A program made the translations under genes and the position numbers. From NCBI GenBank assembly GCA_964585735.1, contig CAZPFB010000012.1, positions 1,937-65,936 on the forward strand: DNA of 64,000 bases, read 5' to 3'. The notes under the pieces are model-generated. The model saw only the letters and a program-made list of their open reading frames with translations, made no database searches and was not told the DNA's origin. This DNA is from an uncultured Leptospiraceae bacterium (GTDB taxonomy: Bacteria > Spirochaetota > Leptospiria > Leptospirales > Leptonemataceae). Within the stretch, counting starts at the first letter, position 1. Every line of letters begins with the position of its first letter. Positions 63,650-64,000 of the stretch are shown piece by piece.

Positions 63650-64000
63650 GTGGAGGCTCCTCGGCGCAGCGTTCCGCCCGATTCGGACAGGCCGACCAGG
63701 GCCTGGAGCATACGGCTCTGCGGCGCGCGTTCGGAGATCATCTTCCGGAAGGCTTCATCCTGAAGATCGCGCGCGAGGCCGGACAGGAGATACAGATGTT
63801 CGTGGTTGGTCCTTGTCACCAGGAGAAAGAAGGTGTGCACCGGCCGTCCATCGGCGGCCTGGAAGTCCACGGGGCGTTCCGGATGATAGATGAACAGACG
63901 CGCCGGCATTTCCGGCACAAGGAACGGACCGCGAACGTGCGGAATGGCAATTCCGTCTGATGCCGCGCCGCCTGTTTGTTGTTCTCGGGACCGCAGGAGC
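63646..64000 (-). CDS. PTS EIIA type-2 (EIIA-Ntr/Fru-like) domain protein, 5' end outside window
   Basis: The frame is open to the window edge. It reads ...DGIAIPHVRGPFLVPEMPARLFIYHPERPVDF...FFLLV..., with the GIAIPH phospho-histidine motif of PTS_EIIA_2 domains. Confidence 0.7.
   Translation of the reverse strand, partial: LLRSREQQTGGAASDGIAIPHVRGPFLVPEMPARLFIYHPERPVDFQAADGRPVHTFFLLVTRTNHEHLYLLSGLARDLQDEAFRKMISERAPQSRMLQALVGLSESGGTLRRGAST

Noticed and set aside
1-64000. CRISPR arrays, transposases, integrases, reverse transcriptases, toxin-antitoxin or classic defence genes
   Set aside because: I scanned translations and intergenic regions by eye and found no spaced direct repeats and no DDE, tyrosine-recombinase, RT, nuclease-helicase or similar signatures. 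A computational repeat search would be needed to exclude short dispersed repeats.

Overview
High-GC bacterial chromosomal window, densely coded. All calls come from reading the supplied ORF translations and the DNA by eye. No searches were run, so family names are motif-level recognitions. Four blocks are visible. (1) Positions ~1-35,043 hold a very large, almost entirely plus-strand glycan-biosynthesis island. It carries NeuA/NeuB/NeuC/NeuD-type nonulosonic acid (sialic-acid-like) genes, a PseB/PseC/PseH-type triad, a HisF/HisH-like pair, a NodU/CmcH-type carbamoyltransferase, three methyltransferases, a PhyH-type dioxygenase and about 13 glycosyltransferase-like genes of GT1, GT2, GT9 and unassigned GT-A/GT-B types. 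I could not recognise any flippase, polymerase, ABC exporter, priming phosphoglycosyl transferase or ligase in it. (2) Positions 35-41 kb hold a predicted outer-membrane protein, tsaE-tsaB-rnr and aroC. (3) Positions 41-54 kb hold a short flagellar export operon (fliI-fliJ-small orf-FlbB/MotE-like) that runs straight into aroC, then a PP2C phosphatase-PtsI-methyltransferase unit, a pseudouridine synthase, a second predicted outer-membrane protein with the only clear intrinsic terminator in the window, RNase HI, an MDR dehydrogenase and small membrane proteins. (4) Positions 54.3-64 kb on the minus strand hold a tightly coupled hyf-like operon: two HyfB-like genes, then HyfC, HyfE, HyfF, a HyfG-like large subunit and a fused ferredoxin/NuoB-like small subunit. 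The large subunit has none of the canonical [NiFe] cysteine motifs. The operon is headed by a translationally coupled PTS EIIA(Ntr/Fru)-type gene that is cut by the window edge. This fits an Ehr-type (energy-converting-hydrogenase-related) complex of unknown substrate, possibly under PTS control, and is my top candidate for something genuinely under-described. I saw no rRNA, tRNA, CRISPR array, transposase or integrase. Many long ORFs in the track are antisense or alternate-frame shadows typical of high-GC DNA and were rejected.
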